Origin: an uncultured bacterium
GTDB taxonomy: Bacteria > Zixibacteria > MSB-5A5 > UBA10806
Length of the DNA: 64,000 bases
Direction of reading: 5' to 3'
NCBI GenBank assembly: GCA_965541585.1
Contig: CBEUCH010000012.1
Location: forward strand, 32,001 to 96,000
A program made the position numbers and the translations under genes. The notes under the pieces are model-generated. The model ran no database searches, had not been told where the DNA came from, and worked only from the letters and a program-made list of their open reading frames with translations. This document shows, in pieces, positions 41,378-51,136 of this stretch (its first letter is position 1; each line of letters starts with the position of its first letter).

Positions 41378-42505
41378 ATGAGTTTGGATTTATTTGACTT
41401 TCTTTATCGGGCTATAGAACCCGAGCGTTTTTTAGATATTGTAATTTATGCTTTTATCTATATTATTTTGGCTGTAATACCGTTAATTTCTTTTGGCGTA
41501 TCTTTTAAGTTAATAAAAAGAAATTGGCCAAATATATTTAAGTCATTTGGCATTTTAATCATACCCACTATTATGTATGGAGTTATACTATACACTATAA
41601 TACCTTGGACTCAAAGATTTCCCGACGACAAAATAGGTGTCCTCCTACCAAGATTGCCTGGAAGTCAATTATCAGAACACTTTGGAGATCAACAATTCAA
41701 TGAAGCGCTCAAGACAGAATTGGAAGCCGCCCTTCAAGACATTTCTATTGAATTTCAATTACCACAACTATATAAAATGGTAGAATTTAAACCAATATCA
41801 TGGGTTGCCGGCGACGAAAAAGAAGCTAAAAAATTAAAAAGCAAATATAATGCAGCGGTGGTTTATTGGGGCAGAATTACAAAGCTCAAGGACGAGGCGG
41901 AGCTAACTTTGACAGCACAGTTTGCACATTTTGAATTTATAGTAAATATACCAAATTCCGATAGGCTTGAGTTTCATTTTACAGACTATTCCGGGTCATA
42001 TTATGAAATTAAATTATCTGAATCTAATAGAAGTCTTTATAAATTCTCTCGTATTTTCATAAAAAGGCTTTTATTTACGATTGCAAGTAAAATGAGATAT
42101 AAGGATAAACTGTTTTTTATTGATATCGTAGAAAAGCTTCCGTCTATTGATTCAGGATATAAAGATTATGATGAAACTCCTTTTATACTCTTGAGTGCTG
42201 CCGCCGCTTTTGAAGAAATGGACAGCTTAGAAAAGGCGATGGAATATTATCGGCTTTCCGCTAATTTTTTGGCATCATATAAGGATAGAATTGAAAATGA
42301 CGAAACTATCCTAACAATTACGGAAAAAGAAATTCGGCGTTTCGGGGCTTTCGCAAAAGCCAAAGAAGCATCTATTGCTTTAGGACTCGACGACAAAGAA
42401 CGTGCGGAGGCCTGTTACAAACAAGCTATTTCAATTCCTGATAAAGCAATGCAGGAAATTATAAAGAATGATGATGTTTTCCGGGAATTCAATAAAAAGA
42501 GATAA
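41378..42505 (+). CDS. AT-rich membrane protein: two N-terminal TM helices, alpha/beta domain, C-terminal TPR-like helices
   Basis: Hydrophobic aa 20-75; AAVVYWG motif; EKAMEYYRLS and AEACYKQA TPR-like; TTGACA-18-TATTTT directly upstream (leaderless). Confidence 0.7.
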   Translation: MSLDLFDFLYRAIEPERFLDIVIYAFIYIILAVIPLISFGVSFKLIKRNWPNIFKSFGILIIPTIMYGVILYTIIPWTQRFPDDKIGVLLPRLPGSQLSEHFGDQQFNEALKTELEAALQDISIEFQLPQLYKMVEFKPISWVAGDEKEAKKLKSKYNAAVVYWGRITKLKDEAELTLTAQFAHFEFIVNIPNSDRLEFHFTDYSGSYYEIKLSESNRSLYKFSRIFIKRLLFTIASKMRYKDKLFFIDIVEKLPSIDSGYKDYDETPFILLSAAAAFEEMDSLEKAMEYYRLSANFLASYKDRIENDETILTITEKEIRRFGAFAKAKEASIALGLDDKERAEACYKQAISIPDKAMQEIIKNDDVFREFNKKR

Positions 42506-42712
42506 TTTTCATAATTATAAACGAGGCTAATTCTATAATATTATAAATATAACATAAATAATGTCTCTGGTTAAATAAAAAAGGCGACCTGCCACCACAT
42601 AAAAGCTGGACGTCGTGGGTTCGACCCCCATCGCCCGCTAATTGAATTAAAAGATCCGGCGCACAAATCATGCTCTATGATAGCGTATTCTCGATGAATC
42701 GCATGGCAGATA

Positions 42713-42846
42713 CCCCCCAGCGGTTGAGGATGGAGGCCCGAACGTTGATATGATAGACCCACATTTCGCTTGACATGTAAGTAATTATAACTTTTATTAT
42801 GTCTCAGGACTGCTGTTTAACCCAACTTCTTACCCTTGAGAATCTA
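42713..42846 (+). repeat. Duplicated promoter module, copy A
   Basis: Collinear similarity to 44723-44858, including TTTCGCTTGACA and CCCAACTTCTTACCCTTGA. Confidence 0.85.
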
Positions 42847-42893
42847 ATAGGGTATTGAACTGAACTTAGAACAATTTCACAGTTGAAGGGAGA

Positions 42894-44660
42894 ATGAGAA
42901 TGAGACTATTCAAAAACGTCCTGTCGATTGCGGTGCTTTGCCTGGCAGCGACACTGTCGCTTGGCGATACGTTGTCGGCACAGGACGTTGCCCCGGGTGT
43001 GGATCTCTGGGTAACTCCGCCTGACGGTAACACTTATATGGATTTTGCCGTTACTTCCGTCCCGGCGGACTTTTTCGGCCCTGGCTCAGATCCTTTCGAT
43101 GGCGTGGTCCCGTTACAGGGCGAGCCATTGAACACATCGCCGCCCGATCTGCTCGGGCCCACAGACACAATTGTCAAACGAACAGAATCAGCGACGCTTC
43201 CTGCCTGTGGGGCATCCGACCCCATAGAAATAGAATTAGTCGCGCTATCGCTGGTGAGTATTGATCCCGTAACGGTGACCTACAATGGCGGGCAGAACCC
43301 CGAACTATGGGACCTTGGAATCTGTTTGTCAAGTTCGGCCTCTCAAGATCCGGGATCTATGACAATTACGAAGGGGTGCGATGAGGGCGGAACGTTTACA
43401 GCCGAACTCCTTGTGCGTCCAAAGTTCACATTTACAAGGGTGGGTGAACCGTGGGACATACGCGTTTTTGATTTCGGCAATGAGGGGTACCCGTCAATTC
43501 CGCTCGAAACCTCGGACGGCCACTGGCTTTATTCTGATCCGGGATTTGGCATAATCACCTCACCCGGCGGGGATGTCGACCATGACTGCAATCCGGATAC
43601 AGGAGATATTCCGTTCGGGTTGAGCAGCAATTTCTTCCCGGGGCTTCAGGGATTACCCTGCGACTGCGTTAACAATCCGACTGAACATAATATAGTCCTG
43701 ACCTATTTTTTAAATCCTTCATTAATAGTCGGCCATGGCGTTTTGCCGCCGCAGCTTGAAACCGAACCCGTATACGATCTCTGGGAGACGCCAGAAGACT
43801 ACAATACATATGTGGAGTTCGGCTGTGGGCCAAGCACTCCCCCGATACCTGCTGATTTCTTCGGCCCTGGTTCGGATCCTTTCACAGGCAATGTTGTGCT
43901 CAGGGGGGAACCGTTGACTGCTACGCCCGATGTTCTGGGTCCAACCGACACTATAATCAAGCGGAGTAGAGTTGCAGACTTGCCCCAGTGTCCTTCTTCA
44001 GATCAGATAGAGGTCGAAATAGTGGCGCTGAGCCTGGTAAGTGTTGCTCCAATCATTGTCACATATAACGGCGGGCAAGATCCTGAGTCATGGGATGTCG
44101 AAGTGTGCCTGTCAAGCAGTCCTCAGCTACCAGGTTCCATGACAATAAACCAGGTGTGCCAGGAAGGAGGCACGTTTACAGCCGACATCCCCGTGCTTCC
44201 ATTGTTCACATTTACCGAAGTGGATCCCCCTCATAATCAGGTGTATTATGATCTGGGTCTGGACGGAGCCCCGCCAATCCCTTACGATATTACTGACGGC
44301 CATTGGCTGTTCACCGATCCCAGCTTTGGCATATACACTTCTCCGGGGGAGGTACAGGTGGATAATTGCGGCGATGACGGGGCTTTGATTGGCCAGAGCG
44401 CTGTTGATCTGATCCCGGGGCTGCGGGCGATACCATGCATTGATTGTAATGCTCCGGCGGAAGATCACGATATTCCGATAACGTCGTTGGTGGCACCCGA
44501 TAATTGTGCACAACATGATGTCTGGCCGCCGCATGATGTCGTCGAAGCCATCCCCACCCTCTCCGAATGGGGGATGCTGATAATGGGGTTGCTGTTACTA
44601 TCTATCGCGACGGTTGCGGTTGTGAGGAGAAGGAAAGCGGCGATAAGCAGGGCTGCTTGA
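42894..44660 (+). CDS. Secreted IPTL-CTERM protein with two tandem copies of an uncharacterised ~265-aa domain
   Basis: PADFFGPGSDPF, GPTDTI, E.VALSLVS, TYNGGQ each occur twice; IPTLSEWG + TM + RRRK. Confidence 0.85.
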   Translation: MRMRLFKNVLSIAVLCLAATLSLGDTLSAQDVAPGVDLWVTPPDGNTYMDFAVTSVPADFFGPGSDPFDGVVPLQGEPLNTSPPDLLGPTDTIVKRTESATLPACGASDPIEIELVALSLVSIDPVTVTYNGGQNPELWDLGICLSSSASQDPGSMTITKGCDEGGTFTAELLVRPKFTFTRVGEPWDIRVFDFGNEGYPSIPLETSDGHWLYSDPGFGIITSPGGDVDHDCNPDTGDIPFGLSSNFFPGLQGLPCDCVNNPTEHNIVLTYFLNPSLIVGHGVLPPQLETEPVYDLWETPEDYNTYVEFGCGPSTPPIPADFFGPGSDPFTGNVVLRGEPLTATPDVLGPTDTIIKRSRVADLPQCPSSDQIEVEIVALSLVSVAPIIVTYNGGQDPESWDVEVCLSSSPQLPGSMTINQVCQEGGTFTADIPVLPLFTFTEVDPPHNQVYYDLGLDGAPPIPYDITDGHWLFTDPSFGIYTSPGEVQVDNCGDDGALIGQSAVDLIPGLRAIPCIDCNAPAEDHDIPITSLVAPDNCAQHDVWPPHDVVEAIPTLSEWGMLIMGLLLLSIATVAVVRRRKAAISRAA

Positions 44661-44681
44661 TTTCTATATAAGATTTGCTAC

Positions 44682-44718
44682 AAATAAGAGGCTACTTCAT
44701 GGTAGCCTCTTTTATTTT
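44682..44718 (+). terminator. Intrinsic (bidirectional-type) terminator
   Basis: AAGAGGCTAC-loop-GTAGCCTCTT followed by TTATTTT. Confidence 0.8.
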
Positions 44719-44722
44719 GCTT

Positions 44723-44858
44723 CCCCCCCGGCGGTTGAGGGATGGAAACCCACAGGCTGGTATGATAGATCCATATTTCGCTTGACATATAAGTAATGAT
44801 ACCTTTTATTATACTTCGGGACTGATGTTTAGCCCAACTTCTTACCCTTGAAAATCTA
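44723..44858 (+). repeat. Duplicated promoter module, copy B
   Basis: Collinear similarity to 42713-42846. Confidence 0.85.
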
Positions 44859-44992
44859 GAAGGAGAAGGACTGTTAAAGACAGAGCACTACAAACACTTA
44901 CGGTGACTGCCGTGATGGTTACAGTCATCATCGTAGGTTCTGATAATATCCGGACCATAGGGATAGGGTAGGATCAAATTTAGGTGGATAAC

Positions 44993-46912
44993 ATGAAATC
45001 CTCAAATATCGCGTTCTTGATAAAAGTACTGATTGTCGTTTCAGTATTATTGACTATTAGTTGTACAACAGATCCTGTTGTTGATCCGGTTGAGAACCAA
45101 CCGCCGGATACCCCATCCAATCCATCTCCTGCTGCTGGGGCTGTGGATGTTTCAATTGATGTTGATTTATCCTGGACTTGTAGCGACCCCGACGGAGATC
45201 CCTTAGTATATACTGTATATTTTGGTACTGATTTAGATCCTCCTCGCGTGGATTCGGATCCTCAGACGACTTATGATCCAGGTACATTGGATAATAATAC
45301 TGTATATTATTGGAAAATTGAGGCGTATGATCAATATAGTGCTGAAACTGTAAGTGGACCAGTGTGGTCATTTTTTACAGAGGGATCGGAAGGAAATCAG
45401 CCACCGAATATCCCATCCAATCCATACCCGCCTCATCAGGCTGATAGGGTTTCAATTGAAGTTGATTTATCCTGGGATTGTACTGACCCCGATGGAGATC
45501 CCTTAGTATATATTGTATATTTTGGTACTGATGTGAATCCTCCTCACGTGGATTCGGATCCTCAGACGACTTATGATCCAGGTATATTGGAGACTCTTAC
45601 CACATATTATTGGAGAATTGTGGCGTATGATCAATTTAGTGGTGAACCTGTAAGCGGACCAGTGTGGTCATTTTCTACAGGAGAAGGAACTCAGCCACCG
45701 AATATCCCGTCCAATCCATACCCGCCTCATCAGGCTGATAGGGTTTCAATTGAAGTTGATTTATCCTGGACTTGTATTGACCCTGATGGAGATGAATTAA
45801 CTTATAATGTATTTTTTGGTACCGCTTCGGATCCTCCTCCTGTGGGTTCTCCCCAATCTCAAGCGACTTACGATCCAGGTATATTGGAGAGTAACACCAC
45901 ATATTATTGGAAAATTGAGGCGTCTGATCCAGATGGTGAAACTGCAATCGGACCAGTGTGGTCATTTTCGACAGAAGAAGAAAATCAGCCACCGAATATC
46001 CCATCCAATCCATCTCCGGCTGATGATGCCGAGGATGTTTCAATTGAAGTTGATTTGTCCTGGGATTGTACTGACCCCGATGGAGATGAATTAACTTATA
46101 ATGTATTTTTTGGTACTGCTTCGGATCCTCCTCCCGTGGGTACTCCCCAATCTCAAGCGACTTACGATCCGGGTATATTGGAGAGCAATACCACATATTA
46201 TTGGAAAATTGAGGCGTCTGATCCAGATGGTGAAACTGCAGTCGGACCAGTGTGGTCATTTTCTACAGAAGATAATCAGGGGATATTTGCGGCGCTCGAT
46301 GTTTTGAGATATCCTACATATTACGATGGAACGGTTTATTATGACGACCAAATCACAGCCCGGTTTGATAGCTCTTATAGTCCCGAATATCCATTGGAAC
46401 CGTTGCAGGCAGATGCTGTATATTGCAATGAATACACACTCGAATGGTCGGATCTTTATGAACTTCATATGTATACGGATCCAGCCCATGAGCCTTTTAT
46501 CCAGCACGGTCGAAATTACACCTTTGAAGTAGTTGGTAATGAAATCGTTCCGAGTCTGATTGATGATGTAACTTACCCTGATTGCTCGCCATATATTACA
46601 AATATTGCAGAGGTAGATACTTTATCATTCGATGGCTTTGACGTAGAGTGGGGAGGCTATTGTCAGGGATCTGTTCGACTTGTGATAATGGCCAGTTACC
46701 AGGGGGATTCAACCGGTGTGGATTTCGAAACGGAAAACGACGGCAGCTATAGTTTTACATCGTCCGATCTTGCACCTATGAATAATATAGCCGGAGATTA
46801 TTATATGTATCTGATTCTCCAGAACTCAAGATCAATTGATGCGGTTGGTTATGACACCAGGAGTTATGTCAACGCAAGTTCATTTAACATTTTGGGCTTT
46901 TCTATCGAATGA
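44993..46912 (+). CDS. Lipoprotein with four fibronectin-III-like repeats
   Basis: Lipobox ISC; four PSNP.P...LSW.C.DPDGD...TYYWKI...GPVWSF repeats. Confidence 0.85.
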   Translation: MKSSNIAFLIKVLIVVSVLLTISCTTDPVVDPVENQPPDTPSNPSPAAGAVDVSIDVDLSWTCSDPDGDPLVYTVYFGTDLDPPRVDSDPQTTYDPGTLDNNTVYYWKIEAYDQYSAETVSGPVWSFFTEGSEGNQPPNIPSNPYPPHQADRVSIEVDLSWDCTDPDGDPLVYIVYFGTDVNPPHVDSDPQTTYDPGILETLTTYYWRIVAYDQFSGEPVSGPVWSFSTGEGTQPPNIPSNPYPPHQADRVSIEVDLSWTCIDPDGDELTYNVFFGTASDPPPVGSPQSQATYDPGILESNTTYYWKIEASDPDGETAIGPVWSFSTEEENQPPNIPSNPSPADDAEDVSIEVDLSWDCTDPDGDELTYNVFFGTASDPPPVGTPQSQATYDPGILESNTTYYWKIEASDPDGETAVGPVWSFSTEDNQGIFAALDVLRYPTYYDGTVYYDDQITARFDSSYSPEYPLEPLQADAVYCNEYTLEWSDLYELHMYTDPAHEPFIQHGRNYTFEVVGNEIVPSLIDDVTYPDCSPYITNIAEVDTLSFDGFDVEWGGYCQGSVRLVIMASYQGDSTGVDFETENDGSYSFTSSDLAPMNNIAGDYYMYLILQNSRSIDAVGYDTRSYVNASSFNILGFSIE

Positions 46913-47148
46913 GAACATACGTGTACCGCTCCCTTTTTTGATGCTGATTGGTTGTTAGTCTCTTAGTGTACGTTATATATTTTTTCAAACCTGTTCGGTG
47001 ACGGCATTACCTTTAGGGTAATTGTAACGGACGAAAGCACGTCAATATAATGATAATCAGCAACCCTCGTTTCGTATGTAAATATTCAAAGGCGTCCTAT
47101 TCAAAGATAAGACGCCTCGACAAAACAGTATAATAGGAAAGAGCGTAT

Positions 47149-47421
47149 TTAGACCGGCACTTCCTGTTTCGATTCTATCTTTCCCATCGGGACATTTGAA
47201 CTTGCCAGTTCCTCGATATGTTTCCTCAGTTCCTGGTTGGTTTCAAGAAGTTTTTCTTTAAATCCGAATCTCTCCAACATTCTCGTTCTGATCAGAAGAC
47301 CGAGCGAAACGAGCAAGAACACGAATGAATTGGCGCTACGAAATAGATAGCCGTAATTCAACTGGGAATCGAGAACAGCTAATACGCCAAGACCGAAAAG
47401 CACTAAACTCCAGATGAACAT
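47149..47421 (-). CDS. Small membrane protein
   Basis: Two TM helices and a coiled-coil tail; G-rich SD. Confidence 0.65.
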   Translation of the reverse strand: MFIWSLVLFGLGVLAVLDSQLNYGYLFRSANSFVFLLVSLGLLIRTRMLERFGFKEKLLETNQELRKHIEELASSNVPMGKIESKQEVPV

Positions 47422-47533
47422 AAATCCCCCCCTGCCTTAGGATGAATACTTCGATTATGTATTATTATCGACATGACGATATATTTAATTAGTTATTTGT
47501 AAGCTGAAGGCTGCTAAATACTTATCAAGTCTC

Positions 47534-47560
47534 GTAGGTCAGGAGCCCTGTGCTCCTGAC
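47534..47560 (+). repeat. GTAG-type REP
   Basis: GTAG-GTCAGGAGC-CCTGT-GCTCCTGAC. Confidence 0.7.
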
Positions 47561-47784
47561 ATCAAGGCTGTCAGGGTGTCAACCACAAAGGATCGACACC
47601 ACGAAAAAGTGAGGTCTGGATATCATGAGCAAGCTCTTCACTTTTCGTTTTTTAGATGGTCCCTCTTACACCCATCGCCGTTTGTTTGATCTTGAAAAAG
47701 CTTCTCAAATAAGACATATTGCGTTTTCGTGGATTAGCTGCCGTCCTGACGGCGTCTCAGTAATCGATTTCTGGAGCAGGCAAT

Positions 47785-49095
47785 ATGTCCTTGCCAATAG
47801 TAGCCATCATTGGCCGGCCCAATGTCGGCAAATCGACGCTGTTCAATCGGCTGGTCAGGACCCGCCAGGCCATCGTCGACGGCGCTCCCGGCATAACGCG
47901 CGACCGGCTCTACCGGCAGTGTTCCTGGAACGGGGTTGAATTCATGCTGGTTGATACCGGTGGCCTGCTTGTCGGCGCCGACGAGATCCTGGAGGCCAAG
48001 GTCACCCAGCAGGCCCTGATAGCGGTGGACCAGGCGGATGTCGTGGTATTTCTTCTCGACTCCAAAGTCGGGGCCTTAGAGGATGATCTTCGTATCGCAC
48101 GGGATCTGAAGAGATCGGATAAAAATGTAATTATCGTGCCCAATAAAATCGACGATCCTTCTCAGGAGTCAGTGGCCTCGGAGTTCCATTCGTTGGGATT
48201 TCAACGGGTAATAGCGGTTTCGGCCCTGAACGGCTTGAATACAGGCGATCTCTTAGACGCCGTCGTCGAGAATCTCCCTGCCGGACCGGAAGACCAATTT
48301 CAAGAGGATATCAGGGTAGCAATCGTGGGGCGTCCCAATGTTGGCAAATCCTCGCTTGTAAATGCTATGACTGGCAAGAACGTGACCATCGTGGCCGACC
48401 TTCCGGGCACCACCCGGGATGCAATTGATACGCGATACGAGCTAAATGGATGCAGATACGTTCTGATAGATACGGCCGGATTAAAAAAGAAGAACAAGTA
48501 TAAAGATCAACTCGAATATTATACTACCTTGAGAACGTTACGGGCCATCGGCCGATGCGATATCGCAGTAATCTTGATCGATAGTATCGAGGGATTGGTT
48601 ACGGGGGATCTGCGGATAGCAAACGAGGCCGCCGAGCTTTTTAGAGGGATAGCTTTTGCCTTCAACAAGTGGGATGCGGTTGAAAAGGACCACATGACCG
48701 CCGATCGCCTTCGCCGGGCGGTCGCCGAAAAGGCGCCGTCCTTCTCGTATGCTCCGGTGTTGTTCATCTCCGCTCTAACCGGCCAGCGTGTGCCCGCGGT
48801 CTGGGAATCGATCCGTAAAATATCGCTCGAACGCAAAAAGAGAATTCCGACATCGGAGCTGAATAAGTTCGTAGAGAGGATCATAGAGCGTAGGCCTCCG
48901 CCGACCAGGAGGGGCAAGTTTATAAAAGTATTTTATATAACTCAACCGGAGGGCGATCCTCCGACCTTTATCTTCTTCTGCAATCATCCTAAATTGATCG
49001 ATACGTCCTACGTCCGATATCTCGAAAACCGGATTAGGGAAAACTATGGTTTCGAGGGCACGCCGATAAAAATGATTTTCAAACATAAGGGATAA
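47785..49095 (+). CDS. der: Ribosome biogenesis GTPase Der
   Basis: Two GRPNVGKS P-loops, DTGG/DTAG, NKxD, KH-like tail. Confidence 0.97.
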   Translation: MSLPIVAIIGRPNVGKSTLFNRLVRTRQAIVDGAPGITRDRLYRQCSWNGVEFMLVDTGGLLVGADEILEAKVTQQALIAVDQADVVVFLLDSKVGALEDDLRIARDLKRSDKNVIIVPNKIDDPSQESVASEFHSLGFQRVIAVSALNGLNTGDLLDAVVENLPAGPEDQFQEDIRVAIVGRPNVGKSSLVNAMTGKNVTIVADLPGTTRDAIDTRYELNGCRYVLIDTAGLKKKNKYKDQLEYYTTLRTLRAIGRCDIAVILIDSIEGLVTGDLRIANEAAELFRGIAFAFNKWDAVEKDHMTADRLRRAVAEKAPSFSYAPVLFISALTGQRVPAVWESIRKISLERKKRIPTSELNKFVERIIERRPPPTRRGKFIKVFYITQPEGDPPTFIFFCNHPKLIDTSYVRYLENRIRENYGFEGTPIKMIFKHKG

Positions 49096-49097
49096 TC

Positions 49098-49727
49098 ATG
49101 GTAACTGTAATCGTATCGTCTGCCGTTGGATATCTGCTGGGTTCTATCCCGTCGGGAGTATGGCTGGGGAAGGCTTTCAAGGGAATAGACATCCGGGAGC
49201 ATGGTTCCAGATCGATAGGCGCCACTAATGTCTTCAGAGTGCTGGGTGCGAGATTGGCGATCGTCGTATTAGCTCTCGATATTGCCAAAGGGTTTCTTGC
49301 ATGCTATCTGGCTTCTCATCTTGACCTGGGAGATACCGTTTTAACATCGGGGCAGCTTGCGCTCATTGCCGGTCTGGCAGCAATACTGGGCCACCTTTTT
49401 CCGGTTTTCGCTCAATTCAGGGGTGGCAAGGGTGTGGCTACGCTCGCCGGCATGCTCCTGTTCTTGACACCGCTTGAAATCGGATTCACTATGGTCGTCT
49501 TCATCCTTACTGTGATAATCACCCGTTACGTGTCACTGGGTTCGATCCTGGGTACTATATTCTTTTCGAGTTCTATATTGATTGAGCGATACTATCTGGG
49601 TTATACTCACGGGGAGGAGATTTCAGGCCTGGCGGTTCTGCTGGTGATCCTTGTACTCTTCACCCATCGGGCAAATATTTACCGATTGTTCACCGGTACC
49701 GAAAACAAGCTTGGTGCAGAGAGATGA
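49098..49727 (+). CDS. plsY: Glycerol-3-phosphate acyltransferase
   Basis: GSIP, GATN, GHLFP, GGKGVAT, HRANI. Confidence 0.95.
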   Translation: MVTVIVSSAVGYLLGSIPSGVWLGKAFKGIDIREHGSRSIGATNVFRVLGARLAIVVLALDIAKGFLACYLASHLDLGDTVLTSGQLALIAGLAAILGHLFPVFAQFRGGKGVATLAGMLLFLTPLEIGFTMVVFILTVIITRYVSLGSILGTIFFSSSILIERYYLGYTHGEEISGLAVLLVILVLFTHRANIYRLFTGTENKLGAER

Positions 49728-49751
49728 AAATAGATTGATTATGGAGACAAT

Positions 49752-50768
49752 ATGAGCTGCAAAAATGTCGCTGTCCTGGGCGCTGGCAGCTGGGGTATTG
49801 CCATCTCTAACCTTCTCTGCAGTAACGGTCACGCAATCAGGATCTGGGAATTTGACCCGGAGGCCTGCAACAATTTGAAAACGACACGAAAGCTGCCGTC
49901 GAAACTGCCGGGCATAAGCCTCGAGGATAGTATAGAAGTCACCAGCGATATTGCTGAATCCGTGAATCAGGCCGATTTTGTATGCTGTGTGGTGCCATCG
50001 CAGAATCTAAGATCCGCTATTCATGGTATCGTAGATATCAAGCTTGACAGAAAACCGATCTTCGTAAACCTGTCTAAAGGGATCGAGGTCGGTTCGCTGA
50101 GGAGGATGTCCGAGGTCATCGGGGAGGAGTTACCGGGGGAGATACGCTCGGGCATATGCACCTTATCCGGGCCGTCCCATGCCGAGGAGGTCGCCAGAGA
50201 GATCCCAACGGCCATTACCGCCGCTTCCGAGAATATCGGGGTAGCTGAAGCGGTACAGCAGCTGTTCCTGACTCCTAAGTTCAGGATCTACACGTCCACC
50301 GACCTTCTGGGCGTGGAACTGGCCGGATCTTTGAAAAATGTAATCGCCCTGGCTGCGGGCATGCTCGATGGATTGGGAATGGGCGATAACACGCGGGGAG
50401 CTCTTCTGACCAGGGGTCTGGCCGAAATCGTCCGGCTCGGACTCGCCATGGGTGCAGACGCCATGACATTCTCAGGTCTTTCAGGTATCGGTGATCTTGT
50501 GACGACCTGTCTGTCGAAACATTCCCGCAACCGATTCGTGGGCGAGCAGGTGGGTCGCGGGCGCAAGCTCAAAGACGTCCTGGCAAAGATGCCGATGGTA
50601 GCCGAAGGAGTTCAGACCACGAGATCCGCCTACGCGCTGGCCGAAAAATATGATGCGGAAATGCCCATCACGACCGAGGTCTATAGAGTATTATTCGAAA
50701 ATAAGCCGCCGGAGCAGGCCATCAGCGACCTCATGACCCGTGATCCGAGATCGGAAGGGTGGTGCTAA
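49752..50768 (+). CDS. gpsA: NAD(P)H-dependent glycerol-3-phosphate dehydrogenase
   Basis: GAGSWG, SKG, SGPSHA, LKNV, GDLVTTC..SRN. Confidence 0.95.
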   Translation: MSCKNVAVLGAGSWGIAISNLLCSNGHAIRIWEFDPEACNNLKTTRKLPSKLPGISLEDSIEVTSDIAESVNQADFVCCVVPSQNLRSAIHGIVDIKLDRKPIFVNLSKGIEVGSLRRMSEVIGEELPGEIRSGICTLSGPSHAEEVAREIPTAITAASENIGVAEAVQQLFLTPKFRIYTSTDLLGVELAGSLKNVIALAAGMLDGLGMGDNTRGALLTRGLAEIVRLGLAMGADAMTFSGLSGIGDLVTTCLSKHSRNRFVGEQVGRGRKLKDVLAKMPMVAEGVQTTRSAYALAEKYDAEMPITTEVYRVLFENKPPEQAISDLMTRDPRSEGWC

Positions 50769-50872
50769 GGGCAGGCATAATGGGAAAAATCGCTTGCAGC
50801 AGATACGGATTTGGAACATATTTTAAGTTTACGATGAATATATGATTCAAAAGCAGCGTAAGGTATTTAGGA

Positions 50873-51136
50873 ATGGTTCAAAAAGATAAGAAAATAGAAA
50901 GACTCAATTTCGAAGACGCAATTCAGGGACTCGAGAAAATTGTCGATGACCTGGAATCAGGTGAACTTTCCCTCGAAGATTCCATAAAAGCCTTTGAGAA
51001 AGGGATTGAGTTATCCAGGCTGTGCCGCAAGAAGCTGGAGAAGGCTGAAGATCGGGTCAAGAAACTGCTTGAGAAAAGCGGCGGCGATTTTGACCTGAAA
51101 CTATTCGACGAAGATGGAGACCGGTCAGATGAGTAG
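50873..51136 (+). CDS. xseB: Exodeoxyribonuclease VII small subunit
   Basis: FEDA...LE.IV..LESGELSLE.SI..FEKG. Confidence 0.92.
   Translation: MVQKDKKIERLNFEDAIQGLEKIVDDLESGELSLEDSIKAFEKGIELSRLCRKKLEKAEDRVKKLLEKSGGDFDLKLFDEDGDRSDE

Larger units (their letters stand above)
41133..42643. mobile_element. tRNA-Gly-anchored integrase-less genomic islet
   Basis: 41-bp exact direct repeat 41133-41173 = 42603-42643 (tRNA 3' half + AATT) around AT-rich DNA. Confidence 0.88.
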
